DNA of 53,998 nucleotides from Escherichia phage vB_EcoM_DE15. Positions 8,433 through 17,181 of the stretch are shown here, one piece after another. The DNA is taken from the sequence record NC_079184.1, one strand, 5' to 3'. The position numbers and the translations under genes were made by a program. Below the pieces are notes generated by a model. The model was not told where the DNA came from, made no database searches, and saw only the letters and a program-made list of their open reading frames with translations. Each line of letters opens with the position of its first letter. Within the stretch, counting starts at the first letter, position 1.

Positions 8433-8810
8433 ATGGCACAATATTCAGATGTAAACACTGGCATTATCGGTCCTAACGGCTTCAAGAAAGACCCAAAACA
8501 TCCTGACATTCGTGGACGTATTAACGTTGACGGAATCTGGTATTGGGTATCTGGCTGGAATAAGCAAGCAAATGGTAATGAGTTTACCTCACTTGCATTG
8601 ACCATCATGACTCAGGAACAGGTTGATGAAATGATGCGTAAGCGTGAAGAGAAAGCTAAAGCCAAAGCTCAACCTCAAGCCGCTGCACAACAGCAACAGC
8701 AACGTCAGCAACCTTCTGCTGCACAGCAACAGCAAGCTCCTGCTCAACAACAGCAGGGTAATTACAATCCGAACGAGCCGAAAGGCTTCGACGACGACAT
8801 TCCATTCTAA
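8433..8810 (+). CDS. Small protein with Q/A-rich linker and C-terminal DDDIPF (host SSB acidic tip); SSB-like or SSB-tail mimic
   Basis: C-terminus NEPKGFDDDIPF matches the E. coli SSB tail; preceding low-complexity Gln-rich linker. Confidence 0.55.
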   Translation: MAQYSDVNTGIIGPNGFKKDPKHPDIRGRINVDGIWYWVSGWNKQANGNEFTSLALTIMTQEQVDEMMRKREEKAKAKAQPQAAAQQQQQRQQPSAAQQQQAPAQQQQGNYNPNEPKGFDDDIPF

Positions 8811-8932
8811 TTGGGGATGCCCTATGAAAATTCTATGTTTTATAGGGCTACATAATTGGGAAATTTCACATGAAAACGATTATGTAACCTTTTGGGTTTG
8901 TAGGCATTGTTCAGCAATGCGTGAGGAATATC

Positions 8933-9829
8933 ATGGCAACTAACGTTATTGAAATACCTGCCAACTTAGTCAAAACTGGCGACGTTGTAATTCATGAAGG
9001 TAAAGAGTATCTGATTGGGTATGTCTTCAGAATGGGTGTAGTTCAACTGCAATATTCTGGTGGATGTTTCAATTTTGAGTGGGACCAGGCAGTCAAAATC
9101 TTGGATAAACGTCCTACTACAGACTCCTTTGCAAAACCGGGCGCAACAACACGCGCAGTATTGGCAAGTCAAGTTCGACCCGGCAACACTTTATCTTATG
9201 GAATCAGGCTCTTTAAGATAAAGGAAGTTAAAGACCTGGGGGAAAGTGAGGTTCGCTTAATCCACGAAACAGGCTACTTTGACTTTTTACACAACCGCGT
9301 AGTCCATATTGTTAACGAGCCACCAGCTTTGGAAACTCCAACAATGGCATTCAACACCGAGATAAAGCCAGTGTTCCTTCCTTACGAGGGAGCAGTGAAA
9401 CCATTCTCAGATGAAGAAGATGTTAAAGGTGCTGATGTTGAAGTTGGCGATGTTATCCGGTATAAAGGTGATTGGGCAACTGTCACAAATGCGTACAAAC
9501 ACCCAAATTCACCATACAATAAAATCAATATTAACTACGGCGACGTAAAAGGTTTGCAAGTACGTCTGATATTAACTGGAACTTATTCGAGAAAGGTAAG
9601 AGCAGTAATGGAAACATTAAATATTCAAAATGCAATCGAAGCACAACGTATTCTTCTGCAAAAGCTGGAGCAAATGCTTGATTTAACCCAGCTTCCTCCA
9701 ACAGAAGATGGCAAGATGGCAATTGGCAATGCATCAATTCGTGTGGACAAGGCAACAGTTGTTAAAGCCGCACGCGATGAAATGAAAGCTGCCGCAAACA
9801 AATCAGCAGAGCTTATCAAGAAGCTGTAA
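8933..9829 (+). CDS. Hypothetical protein (~298 aa; ORF track gives GTG 8921)
   Basis: ATG 8933 with GAGGA RBS. Confidence 0.5.
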   Translation: MATNVIEIPANLVKTGDVVIHEGKEYLIGYVFRMGVVQLQYSGGCFNFEWDQAVKILDKRPTTDSFAKPGATTRAVLASQVRPGNTLSYGIRLFKIKEVKDLGESEVRLIHETGYFDFLHNRVVHIVNEPPALETPTMAFNTEIKPVFLPYEGAVKPFSDEEDVKGADVEVGDVIRYKGDWATVTNAYKHPNSPYNKININYGDVKGLQVRLILTGTYSRKVRAVMETLNIQNAIEAQRILLQKLEQMLDLTQLPPTEDGKMAIGNASIRVDKATVVKAARDEMKAAANKSAELIKKL

Positions 9830-9881
9830 TTAACAGAGGTCATTCCACTTCGAGTGGCCTCGATTAATTATCGGAGGAATT

Positions 9882-10091
9882 ATGGAAATACATATGTCTG
9901 GAGGTTTCTCCGGAGCAAAGATGCAAGGTGTAGTTTGTCCTGATTGTGGTCATGGTGGTGGCTCAAGCTACCCATGTTGGTGCAGTAGATGCTACGACAA
10001 AGGTAATAAAGTTTTAATGCTACCTTCCGTAAACAAATTCACTTATGTTTGCAGTTGGTCTGAATCCTTAAAATTCCAACAGAGTAAATAG
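9882..10091 (+). CDS. Small Cys-rich zinc-binding protein
   Basis: CPDCGHGGGSSYPCWCSRC; GGAGG RBS. Confidence 0.45.
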   Translation: MEIHMSGGFSGAKMQGVVCPDCGHGGGSSYPCWCSRCYDKGNKVLMLPSVNKFTYVCSWSESLKFQQSK

Positions 10092-10227
10092 TATATGTGG
10101 GATATTTATCTTGAAGGTGTTGACGAGCCAATTTCAACACTTAACACACAATTTGTTACGGTTGGGTGTGCAATCCTCTACAAAGGTAAGCTGTACACCG
10201 TATCTAAAATCGTTCAGAGGTTTTAAT

Positions 10228-10578
10228 GTGAAAACTTTATACATTGCACTAACAATCTTATTCGGAGTATTCGCATTCAAATCGGAAGCGTCTGTTCGTA
10301 ACTTCCAATGTGGCGGATACAAAATGTCCGTTGAAACAATTACAATGAACCAGCCACTCATTGCAACAATTTCTTTGCACGAAGGTACTTGGATTGAGAT
10401 TCCAGATAACGGAAATCCTAACCCAATGTCCACAGTGTTCTATAACACACAGAGCAGTAAGCTGGCTTTAGTTGGTGTTGACGCTGAGGAACGTTTAGTG
10501 CTACAGATTTATCGTGACATTGACTTCTTTCATGCCAAATTTCCACTGTTATCCACATATTGTAAGGAAGTTAAATGA
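10228..10578 (+). CDS. Putative secreted protein with N-terminal signal peptide (GTG start)
   Basis: MKTLYIALTILFGVFAFKSEA signal-like N-terminus; ORF track starts it at TTG 10111. Confidence 0.35.
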   Translation: MKTLYIALTILFGVFAFKSEASVRNFQCGGYKMSVETITMNQPLIATISLHEGTWIEIPDNGNPNPMSTVFYNTQSSKLALVGVDAEERLVLQIYRDIDFFHAKFPLLSTYCKEVK

Positions 10579-10808
10579 CGTCATCCGAATTTACCATTGA
10601 TGGAGTACCGTACTTACTTGAATCCAGTTGCGAATATCGTCACTGGTCAGTAATTCGCGACCGAGTAGTCAAATTCTTGGAGCGAGTAGGGAAAGATGCA
10701 GCTATTCTGACTACAGCCACAGTAGAAGGGACAACCGAAATCAATCGGGAGCTTGTATCTTTTAAATTAACCATCAACCCAACAGGGAATCCATTCCGTG
10801 AAAGTTGA
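10575..10808 (+). CDS. Hypothetical protein (77 aa)
   Basis: ORF. Confidence 0.4.
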   Translation: MTSSEFTIDGVPYLLESSCEYRHWSVIRDRVVKFLERVGKDAAILTTATVEGTTEINRELVSFKLTINPTGNPFRES

Positions 10809-11067
10809 AGAACTGGCTGACCAACTTAAGGCAGCAAAACGAGAGTCTGCAAATCAATCAGAACGCGTTGCAAAACTGAAAGGGCAAGGCTCAACGTCTG
10901 AAGAAATCCAGTTATTTACAGATAATGTCTGGTTTTCAATGAATCGTGCACAATTTATCGAGATTCAGGAAGAACGTCTTACTGAACTGGAGAAGCGTGT
11001 AGAAACACTTGAGAGCTTGCTTGTAACACTGCAAGAAACTCTGGACCAGGAACTGAAAAATGTCTAA
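10798..11067 (+). CDS. Hypothetical coiled-coil protein (89 aa, GTG start)
   Basis: ORF. Confidence 0.4.
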   Translation: MKVEELADQLKAAKRESANQSERVAKLKGQGSTSEEIQLFTDNVWFSMNRAQFIEIQEERLTELEKRVETLESLLVTLQETLDQELKNV

Positions 11068-11476
11068 CGTTAAGCTGGGCCAACGCTCCCTTGACCGACT
11101 CAAGGGTGTAAATCCTTCATTGGTGGCAGTTTTCAAGCGTGCATGTGAAACAATGCCGTTTGATGTAACTGTTCTTGAAGGATTGCGTACTTATGAGCGT
11201 CAACAAGAGCTTTTAAAGCAAGGTGCAACCAAAGTTTCAGTTAGCCGACACATGTCAGGCAACGCCTTAGACCTTGCACCATATCCGATTGACTGGAATG
11301 ACCTCGAACGATTTAAAGTTCTAGCTCATCACATGTTCAAAGCTGCAAAAGAGCTTGGAATTACCATTCGTTGGGGTGGAAACTGGAGCCGTATTGATGA
11401 AAATCAGCCGTATCCACCACTTGCACCAGGTAAGAAGAAGCTGATTGATATGCCGCACTTCGAACTTCCAGCATAA
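11060..11476 (+). CDS. Peptidase M15 family (L-alanyl-D-glutamate / D-Ala-D-Ala peptidase-like) peptidoglycan hydrolase
   Basis: SRHMSGNALDL (SxHxxGxAxD) and DMPHFE zinc-ligand motifs. Confidence 0.7.
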   Translation: MSNVKLGQRSLDRLKGVNPSLVAVFKRACETMPFDVTVLEGLRTYERQQELLKQGATKVSVSRHMSGNALDLAPYPIDWNDLERFKVLAHHMFKAAKELGITIRWGGNWSRIDENQPYPPLAPGKKKLIDMPHFELPA

Positions 11477-11484
11477 CTTCATCA

Positions 11485-12042
11485 ATGGAGAATCCGATGG
11501 AAAACCAAATTACTCAAGCAGTAGAACAACTTAAGTCCTGGCGTAGAGACGAAACCTTATTGGTTCGTTTCTACACAGGCGAAACTAATTCTGAATTTGT
11601 AGATGCGTGGATTGATGGCCTGTCTTGGCGTCACTATGATTTCGACATGCGGGAGTATTTGCATGAAGAATACGGCATTGAATACCCAGAAGCCGGTGCA
11701 TATGACGTAATTGAATCAAATGAAGAGGATGTTACCGAAGTTTGCTTTGCCAATGGACTGTTCAGCATTCGCAGATACGACAAATTCAACGAACTGCTTG
11801 TTGATACTGATTTGGATGTAATTCTTGCAGCATTCCGCAGTGGTGAGATTGATATTTTCACTGTGGATGATTTGAACGACATGTTTATTGCACGTTGCGA
11901 CTCAATTACAGAATATTTGAAGCAAAGTGAGGCACTGGATATTCCAGACCGACTTGCACCATATATTGATTGGGATGCAATCACCAGAGATTATGGAAGT
12001 GACTACATTTTCTCTGAGGGAATATTATTCTTAAATGCGTGA
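11485..12042 (+). CDS. Highly acidic protein, possible ArdA-like anti-restriction DNA mimic
   Basis: VRFYTGETNSEFVDAWIDGLSW resembles the ArdA N-terminal pattern as I recall it; strongly D/E-rich throughout. Confidence 0.35.
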   Translation: MENPMENQITQAVEQLKSWRRDETLLVRFYTGETNSEFVDAWIDGLSWRHYDFDMREYLHEEYGIEYPEAGAYDVIESNEEDVTEVCFANGLFSIRRYDKFNELLVDTDLDVILAAFRSGEIDIFTVDDLNDMFIARCDSITEYLKQSEALDIPDRLAPYIDWDAITRDYGSDYIFSEGILFLNA

Positions 12043-12274
12043 TTTAAATATTGCTGAACTTGAGGCTGGATTGATTGTTCACCACCAGCCTCGAAACACT
12101 TTCTATCGTATTCTTGGGCCTACAAAGATTAAAACTCACTGCGGAAGTTGGGTGGATGGGTTTGCTTACCAAGAAGTGAAGAAGTACGGGGACCATACTT
12201 TCTTAAGTATTGATTCCTCTACTATCTACACACGACCGAAAGAGCTATTTGACTCAGACTGGAAAACACTATAG
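12035..12274 (+). CDS. Hypothetical protein (79 aa)
   Basis: ORF. Confidence 0.4.
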   Translation: MRDLNIAELEAGLIVHHQPRNTFYRILGPTKIKTHCGSWVDGFAYQEVKKYGDHTFLSIDSSTIYTRPKELFDSDWKTL

Positions 12275-12343
12275 TTCCAGGCGGGTTTCTTCGAAGTGCC
12301 AAGCGGGTTTTGTACTCGCATTGGCCTTCGGCTTTAGTCTGAA

Positions 12344-12364
12344 ACATTAGTGGGATTTGATTCT
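12344..12364 (+). promoter_or_regulatory. Phage promoter-like motif (first of three in tandem)
   Basis: ACATTAGTGGGATTTGATTC. Confidence 0.4.
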
Positions 12365-12494
12365 GACCACTTAGGGAAGAAAGGCATTATACACTTATCG
12401 CCAAATGGGTGTCAAGCACTTTCTTCATTTATTTTAATTTATTCTTATTATTCTTTTTGTTTGGAATATTGGAATAATTCTGAAACATTAATTG

Positions 12495-12516
12495 GAATTG
12501 AATTAGTGTAATTCTG
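12495..12516 (+). promoter_or_regulatory. Phage promoter-like motif (second of three)
   Basis: ACATTAATTGGAATTGAATTAG, preceded by a 70-nt AT-rich tract. Confidence 0.4.
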
Positions 12517-12621
12517 TCTGTACTCTTTTCCACTAGCAATTGTAGAGGAAGTCCACTGCAATAAGCGCAGCCTCAAACAACCAAGTCTGGACAACTTGGG
12601 AAGAGAGTACAGCACAAAATC

Positions 12622-12642
12622 ACATTAGTTTGAATTGAAACA
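12622..12642 (+). promoter_or_regulatory. Phage promoter-like motif (third of three)
   Basis: ACATTAGTTTGAATTGAAAC. Confidence 0.4.
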
Positions 12643-12651
12643 ACATCAGAT

Positions 12652-12724
12652 AAGAGCTTTGTAACTAGGTAGTCCGTCTGGTACCAAGACGTGTGAGAAC
12701 GTTCGATTCGTTCTACAAAGCTCT
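12652..12724 (+). other. Structured element: perfect 12-bp stem (AAGAGCTTTGTA / TACAAAGCTCTT) closing two internal hairpins, one T-arm-like (GAACG-TTCGATT-CGTTC)
   Basis: Inverted repeats read directly; located just downstream of third tandem promoter. Confidence 0.35.
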
Positions 12725-13273
12725 TTTCGATGGAATGTTTCCATCATATACATTTATCTTTTAACATAGGCCAAAGGGCCGGAATACTTATCCACAGAAA
12801 GCTATTCACTTGTTATAGGCGATGTATTGGGATGAATTGGAACTAAATAAGCAAGCTGTTAGGGCTGAATAATTAGAGGGTAATGCCTCATGCTTATGTT
12901 AGTCATTCGAAAATAGGTTTGTGCCACAAGCTGCTGGTGCTCCGAGGAAGTCGGACAAACAGGGCTTAGAGTGGCATAATCCGCACAAAACCGCGCCACC
13001 AGCTATGCCAAAGCGGGTGGTTTGGGTGAATGTATTGGGAAGGGTTGCAAAGCCTCTGTGACACGCCTGAGCCGCAAGGCGACGACACTCATGTGATTAG
13101 CGTATCGCACCCTAACGGGAGTAACCCTTCGCCAATGCAGTTATCCAGAATTGACACAAACGGTAGGCAGTGGCCCGATTTTCGGCCTTCCTGCGCTACT
13201 CTGTGGCCTGTTTCCTGGGCCAAAAGATGAGAAGAGAAGTCACAAACACTGAATCGAAAATTGGAGAGTTCCT

Positions 13274-13588
13274 ATGATTCGCAAGCATTCTGCTAAAGTT
13301 TTGACGTTAAGAAGGGTAAGGGTCGGTCTTACAGGTAATGAAGAGGAAACAATACACTTCGTCCTGGTTGGAGGTCTTTGGTACTACAATGGTACTAATG
13401 CCTTTTCCGTGAGAATCTCAGAAAAAGATGGGTTCTGGAAGCACACTTTCGAAGAGATACTAGGCACCAGTGCCAAATACACCCTTGCAGAAATTAAGAA
13501 ATATTTCTATATAGGCCCAAACAAGTCCATGCAAATAGCAATCCGCAAATGGACAACAAACCAACCGATTTACGGAGTTCCATTTTGA
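13274..13588 (+). CDS. Hypothetical protein (104 aa)
   Basis: GGAGAG RBS, ATG start. Confidence 0.45.
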   Translation: MIRKHSAKVLTLRRVRVGLTGNEEETIHFVLVGGLWYYNGTNAFSVRISEKDGFWKHTFEEILGTSAKYTLAEIKKYFYIGPNKSMQIAIRKWTTNQPIYGVPF

Positions 13589-13875
13589 ACTTACAAGACA
13601 AATCTAAAGAAGAGTTGATTGAGATTATCCAGAAAGAGCACGAACTCGCTGGCATCACAATTAACTTTGAACTCCAGGCAATGCAAGCTGTTGCTTTGGG
13701 TCATGGTCTAATGGCTACACTCATTCATGCCAAGAATGTGTTAGGCGTTGACAACGAAAAATACCAAATTCTGGAGAAAGCTGCGCAAGAGCGGATTTCG
13801 CAGTGCTTGGTGACATTAGTTGATTTGGGAATCGACGCAGAAACTGCGAACAAACGTATCCTACAAGGCCACTAA
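13549..13875 (+). CDS. Hypothetical protein (108 aa)
   Basis: ORF; overlaps upstream gene by 40 nt, start uncertain. Confidence 0.35.
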   Translation: MDNKPTDLRSSILNLQDKSKEELIEIIQKEHELAGITINFELQAMQAVALGHGLMATLIHAKNVLGVDNEKYQILEKAAQERISQCLVTLVDLGIDAETANKRILQGH

Positions 13876-13876
13876 A

Positions 13877-14551
13877 ATGTCTTATCATGATGATGACAAA
13901 GAGATTGCACTATCAACGTGTAAGCAATGGCTCAATGATAATGATGCCGTCTATCTTGCCAAGGAAGATGTTATCATTATGTGGGTCCATTTTAATCCAG
14001 AATCGAAGCGCGGTGAGTGGCAACGCTACAAGATGAAAGAGGCTTGTCGCATAATTAAAGCCACACGCGCTGGCTTCTCTGCTATGAAGTATATTAAGCC
14101 AGAGATGCTGATGCTTGCTGCACAGGAAGAAGAACGTGCATATAAGCAAGCTGTTAAATCTCGTTCAACTGTTCCTCCAGAGTTCTTTAATTTGGAGCGC
14201 GCTGGACACTTCAACAATTTAGAAATGTTGACACTGTGCCTGTTGCAAGAATTAGTTGGAAGAGGACAAAACATTGAAGCTGTTTGTCTTGGGGAACTCA
14301 TGAAAGAGTTGTTCTCGGCAAAGGGCTTTGCTGTGCCAAATCGAACTTTACGCTGGAAATTGTTGCGAGCAGTCGCGCAAGAAGCTGGTGTAGTTGTTCG
14401 TGACAGAACAAACCGACTCACTGTAACTGGAGTTGGGCGTTTTGTAGCAATCCAGATTGAGGGTTATGACGAATCAATCATCACTGAACTCACTGTCGCT
14501 GAGACAAAGGATTTAGTAAATAAAACATTAGAACGATTCAATAGATATTGA
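13877..14551 (+). CDS. Hypothetical protein (224 aa; ORF track gives 13820)
   Basis: ATG 13877 immediately after upstream stop. Confidence 0.45.
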   Translation: MSYHDDDKEIALSTCKQWLNDNDAVYLAKEDVIIMWVHFNPESKRGEWQRYKMKEACRIIKATRAGFSAMKYIKPEMLMLAAQEEERAYKQAVKSRSTVPPEFFNLERAGHFNNLEMLTLCLLQELVGRGQNIEAVCLGELMKELFSAKGFAVPNRTLRWKLLRAVAQEAGVVVRDRTNRLTVTGVGRFVAIQIEGYDESIITELTVAETKDLVNKTLERFNRY

Positions 14552-14580
14552 GTCGTTTGTCGAATCAGAGCAGTTCTGAA

Positions 14581-14601
14581 ACATTAGTTGGATGTGGAAA
14601 G
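14581..14601 (+). promoter_or_regulatory. Phage promoter-like motif ACATTAGTTGGATGTGGAAAG
   Basis: Motif family member. Confidence 0.45.
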
Positions 14602-14675
14602 AGAAAGGCTCTTTAATTTTTATCTAAGTCACGTCACCGTGGCGTGCAAAACTATTCAATATAAGGTATATACAA

Positions 14676-15014
14676 ATGGCTAAGATTGTAACCGTAACTC
14701 AGTACGAAGCTAACGATGGTTCCCTGTTCCTGACCGAAGCAGAGTGTAATGCACATGACTTCAAACTGGAAAACGGTGCTAAAATTGAGAAAGCTGCCGA
14801 AGCGTACCTGAACACCGTTGGCGCTATCGACCGTTCTCGCTCCATGCAGAAGAACACCATCGAGCAGTTCCTGGCATTCTACCTGCCGTGGGTTGAAGCT
14901 GGTGAGCCGGAAGTTGAGCGTACTAAGTTCGATACTCCGAAAGAAGCTAAAGTTGCTGACGCAAGTGTTGCCGAAGCTGCCGAAGCTGCTGTTGAAGAAG
15001 CTCCGGTATTCTAA
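14676..15014 (+). CDS. Acidic protein (112 aa) with host-like high-expression codon usage
   Basis: CTG/CCG/CGT-rich codons unlike neighbours; Ala/Glu-rich C-terminus. Confidence 0.5.
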   Translation: MAKIVTVTQYEANDGSLFLTEAECNAHDFKLENGAKIEKAAEAYLNTVGAIDRSRSMQKNTIEQFLAFYLPWVEAGEPEVERTKFDTPKEAKVADASVAEAAEAAVEEAPVF

Positions 15015-16104
15015 GTTGCCGATGGCAAACTTGAGAGACTAAGCTAAATCGATCTGGCATGCACTGGAAGATTTCCGGTGCTGCCTTGAACCCATTCTGA
15101 AAGGAAGAGTGGGCTTCAATGAGCATTCTTGTGATTAGAGTTGGGAGGTAGGCCGATGCCCAAGCTCATGGCCCAGACAAGAGTGTTCATTGAAGTTACT
15201 TCAATATGGATTGTCGCCAAGTTGTGGAAGGACGTGCACACAGATTTAACGAAGAAAAGTAACAGCCTGAGAACTGTGAAAATTTCCCGTTATGTCGTGG
15301 GGAAGTGCACCATAGCTTGGGTTCTTCACGTAGATATTACTCAGATATTTGCGGCTCGCTGAATGTGAGCATCCATATTGAAGTAGTTTTCTGAGTCTTA
15401 CGACGGGCCTAAACTGCCTGAAGTTATTGCGACTGTTTTATTCATTTAAAATAAATGCAAATGATTCTGAAATGCGAGTTGCGGCTTAATTAAATTTAAG
15501 TCCTCTCCGTGGTCTTCCAATCCCACGTAACCAAATTTGGCGCATTGTGGCTTCGAGATGTGATTAATAAATCGGAGCAATAATTAATTTGTATTCTGCG
15601 ATGCAATGCAGGCTTAAGTCCCTCAGTGCGCGTGGGGATGTGACAGAGTACAAACTTAATTATGCAGTTGGATATTTCTAGAGGACGGACGAGCACACTG
15701 GAATGTCTTCAATTGGTTTAGTGTGAGAAGCTATGCCAATATGAAACGTAACTCCTTGGGGAAGTGCTCCTCTGGATTTCCCTCCACACAGGAATCTCAA
15801 GCCTGTGGCAGCGACTTCGAAGCTGCACTGCGTAACCTAAATTCACCCTAAAGTGAGTTGCCCTGAGTATGGAAATAAACTGCTCATAACCGATGGTATC
15901 TACAAAGGTAGATTAAATCAGGTTGCCTGTTGGTACTTGGGTTCAACACCTGCTTGCACTCGCAAAGTAGTGCCTCGTACCTGAGATGAAGTGAGTCGGG
16001 ACCATCAATCCCACGTTATGTCAAAACACAGTAGGCGGCTCACGGATTCTACAAGCCTCGCAGTTCGGGAAAACCTGCGTTATCAAAACCCCCCTCTTTT
16101 ATTT

Positions 16105-16196
16105 GGACGAGTAGCTCAGAAGGTTTGCATTGTGCTCAGTCAGGTAGAGCAATCTGTTCGACAGATGTGTCGTTGGTTCGAATCCAACCTCGTCCA
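16105..16196 (+). tRNA. tRNA-like gene (anticodon loop GUUCGAC, anticodon UCG, Arg) carrying a 20-nt insertion in the D-loop; possibly pseudo-tRNA
   Basis: Acceptor GGACGAG/CTCGTCC, TA at 8-9, D-stem GCTC/GAGC, T-arm GTTGG-TTCGAAT-CCAAC, discriminator A; D-loop 29 nt with duplicated GCTCAG. Confidence 0.4.
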
Positions 16197-16228
16197 CCCA
16201 CTTTAATAATAGCAATACTGGAGTCCTT

Positions 16229-16369
16229 ATGGATTTTGATGCACTTGATAATTTAGACTTCGGTGCTGCCGAAGAAGCAATTGAAGAACTTAAGAAGAAA
16301 CAGGACGAAGAAGCAATCGTTCCTGGTGAGGGCGATAACGACTGCTCAAGTGGTGCGTGCGCCATCTAA
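16229..16369 (+). CDS. Small acidic peptide (46 aa) ending CSSGACAI
   Basis: GGAG RBS; MDFDALDNLDFGAAEEAIEELKKKQDEEAIVPGEGDNDCSSGACAI. Confidence 0.3.
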   Translation: MDFDALDNLDFGAAEEAIEELKKKQDEEAIVPGEGDNDCSSGACAI

Positions 16370-16377
16370 GGTGATTC

Positions 16378-16614
16378 ATGCAACAGCTTAAGTCAATCTT
16401 TCTTGGCGTCTTGACTGCATTGGGTATTCTCCTTGCAGTGTTCCTCAAAGGCAAAAGCTCAGGCAAAGCCGAGGAGCGCCAGGAAGCCAAAGAGAAGCAA
16501 TTCGATTCCATTAAAGAATCTATCGAGATTAAAACGCATGTTCAGAAAGAAGTGTCTAGCAGTTCTGATAGCAATGTCGATAGTGAGTTGCTCTCAAAGT
16601 GGGTTCGTAAGTGA
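16378..16614 (+). CDS. Small membrane protein, i-spanin-like (N-terminal TM helix plus charged coiled-coil)
   Basis: AAGGTGA RBS; MQQLKSIFLGVLTALGILLAVFLKG then K/E-rich region. Confidence 0.35.
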   Translation: MQQLKSIFLGVLTALGILLAVFLKGKSSGKAEERQEAKEKQFDSIKESIEIKTHVQKEVSSSSDSNVDSELLSKWVRK

Positions 16615-16738
16615 TTACTGCATGATTGCACAACCAATCTATTTGGATGTTGCAGAAGTGAAAGTTTTATCACGCGAAACCAAAACACAGATTTTAGTCC
16701 ACAATGAAACGTGGGCACAAAAGTGTTCGAAACGATGA
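16538..16738 (+). CDS. Lipoprotein in alternate frame overlapping the previous gene, o-spanin-like
   Basis: MFRKKCLAVLIAMSIVSC: signal peptide with lipobox-like IVSC. Confidence 0.3.
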   Translation: MFRKKCLAVLIAMSIVSCSQSGFVSDYCMIAQPIYLDVAEVKVLSRETKTQILVHNETWAQKCSKR

Positions 16739-17181
16739 AATTATCAAAGCAGTATATTTACGACAGAGTTTCTAAGCGTCAGGAACCTACTTGGCAAGTA
16801 GACACAGATGGGTATTTATCTGCTTCGATTACTTTGCCAGAAGGCACTTTCAACGTAAGAAAACACATCTTGGTGTTCTACAAAACAAACGGATACATTC
16901 CAGATTTTGTGGACCATAAAGACAACAACAAATTAAACAATGCTCCAGACAACTTGCGAGAAGCAAGCAAGTGCCAGAATCAACAGAACTCCAAACGACC
17001 AAAGAATAACTCTTCTGGCGTTAAGGGTGTGTCACTAACCAAACACGGTAAATGGCAAGTTCGTATTATGGCAAATGGTGTGAAGCATTACGGTGGATTG
17101 TTTGACTCTCTCGAAGATGCCAAACAACACATAGAATCATTACGATTGAAATTACATAGTGATTTTGCTCGTAGTGTGTAG
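16735..17181 (+). CDS. HNH homing endonuclease with AP2-like DNA-binding domain
   Basis: DHKDNNKLNNAPDNLREASKCQNQQN (HNH) and GVKGVSLTKHGKWQVRIMANGVKHYGGLF (AP2-like). Confidence 0.65.
   Translation: MKLSKQYIYDRVSKRQEPTWQVDTDGYLSASITLPEGTFNVRKHILVFYKTNGYIPDFVDHKDNNKLNNAPDNLREASKCQNQQNSKRPKNNSSGVKGVSLTKHGKWQVRIMANGVKHYGGLFDSLEDAKQHIESLRLKLHSDFARSV

Noticed and set aside
10111-10578. ORF-track start at TTG 10111 for the 155-aa ORF
   Set aside because: The N-terminal 39 codons precede a clear signal-peptide start at GTG 10228, and a separate 43-codon ORF (10095..10226) in another frame occupies the upstream segment.
16105-16196. tRNA-like element as a phage attachment site for integration
   Set aside because: No integrase, excisionase or repressor candidates in the window; gene content is that of a lytic phage.
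16229-16369. Small acidic Cys-peptide as a RiPP/lanthipeptide precursor
   Set aside because: No modification enzymes (LanB/C/M, YcaO, radical SAM) are encoded in the window; recorded only as a hypothetical small protein.
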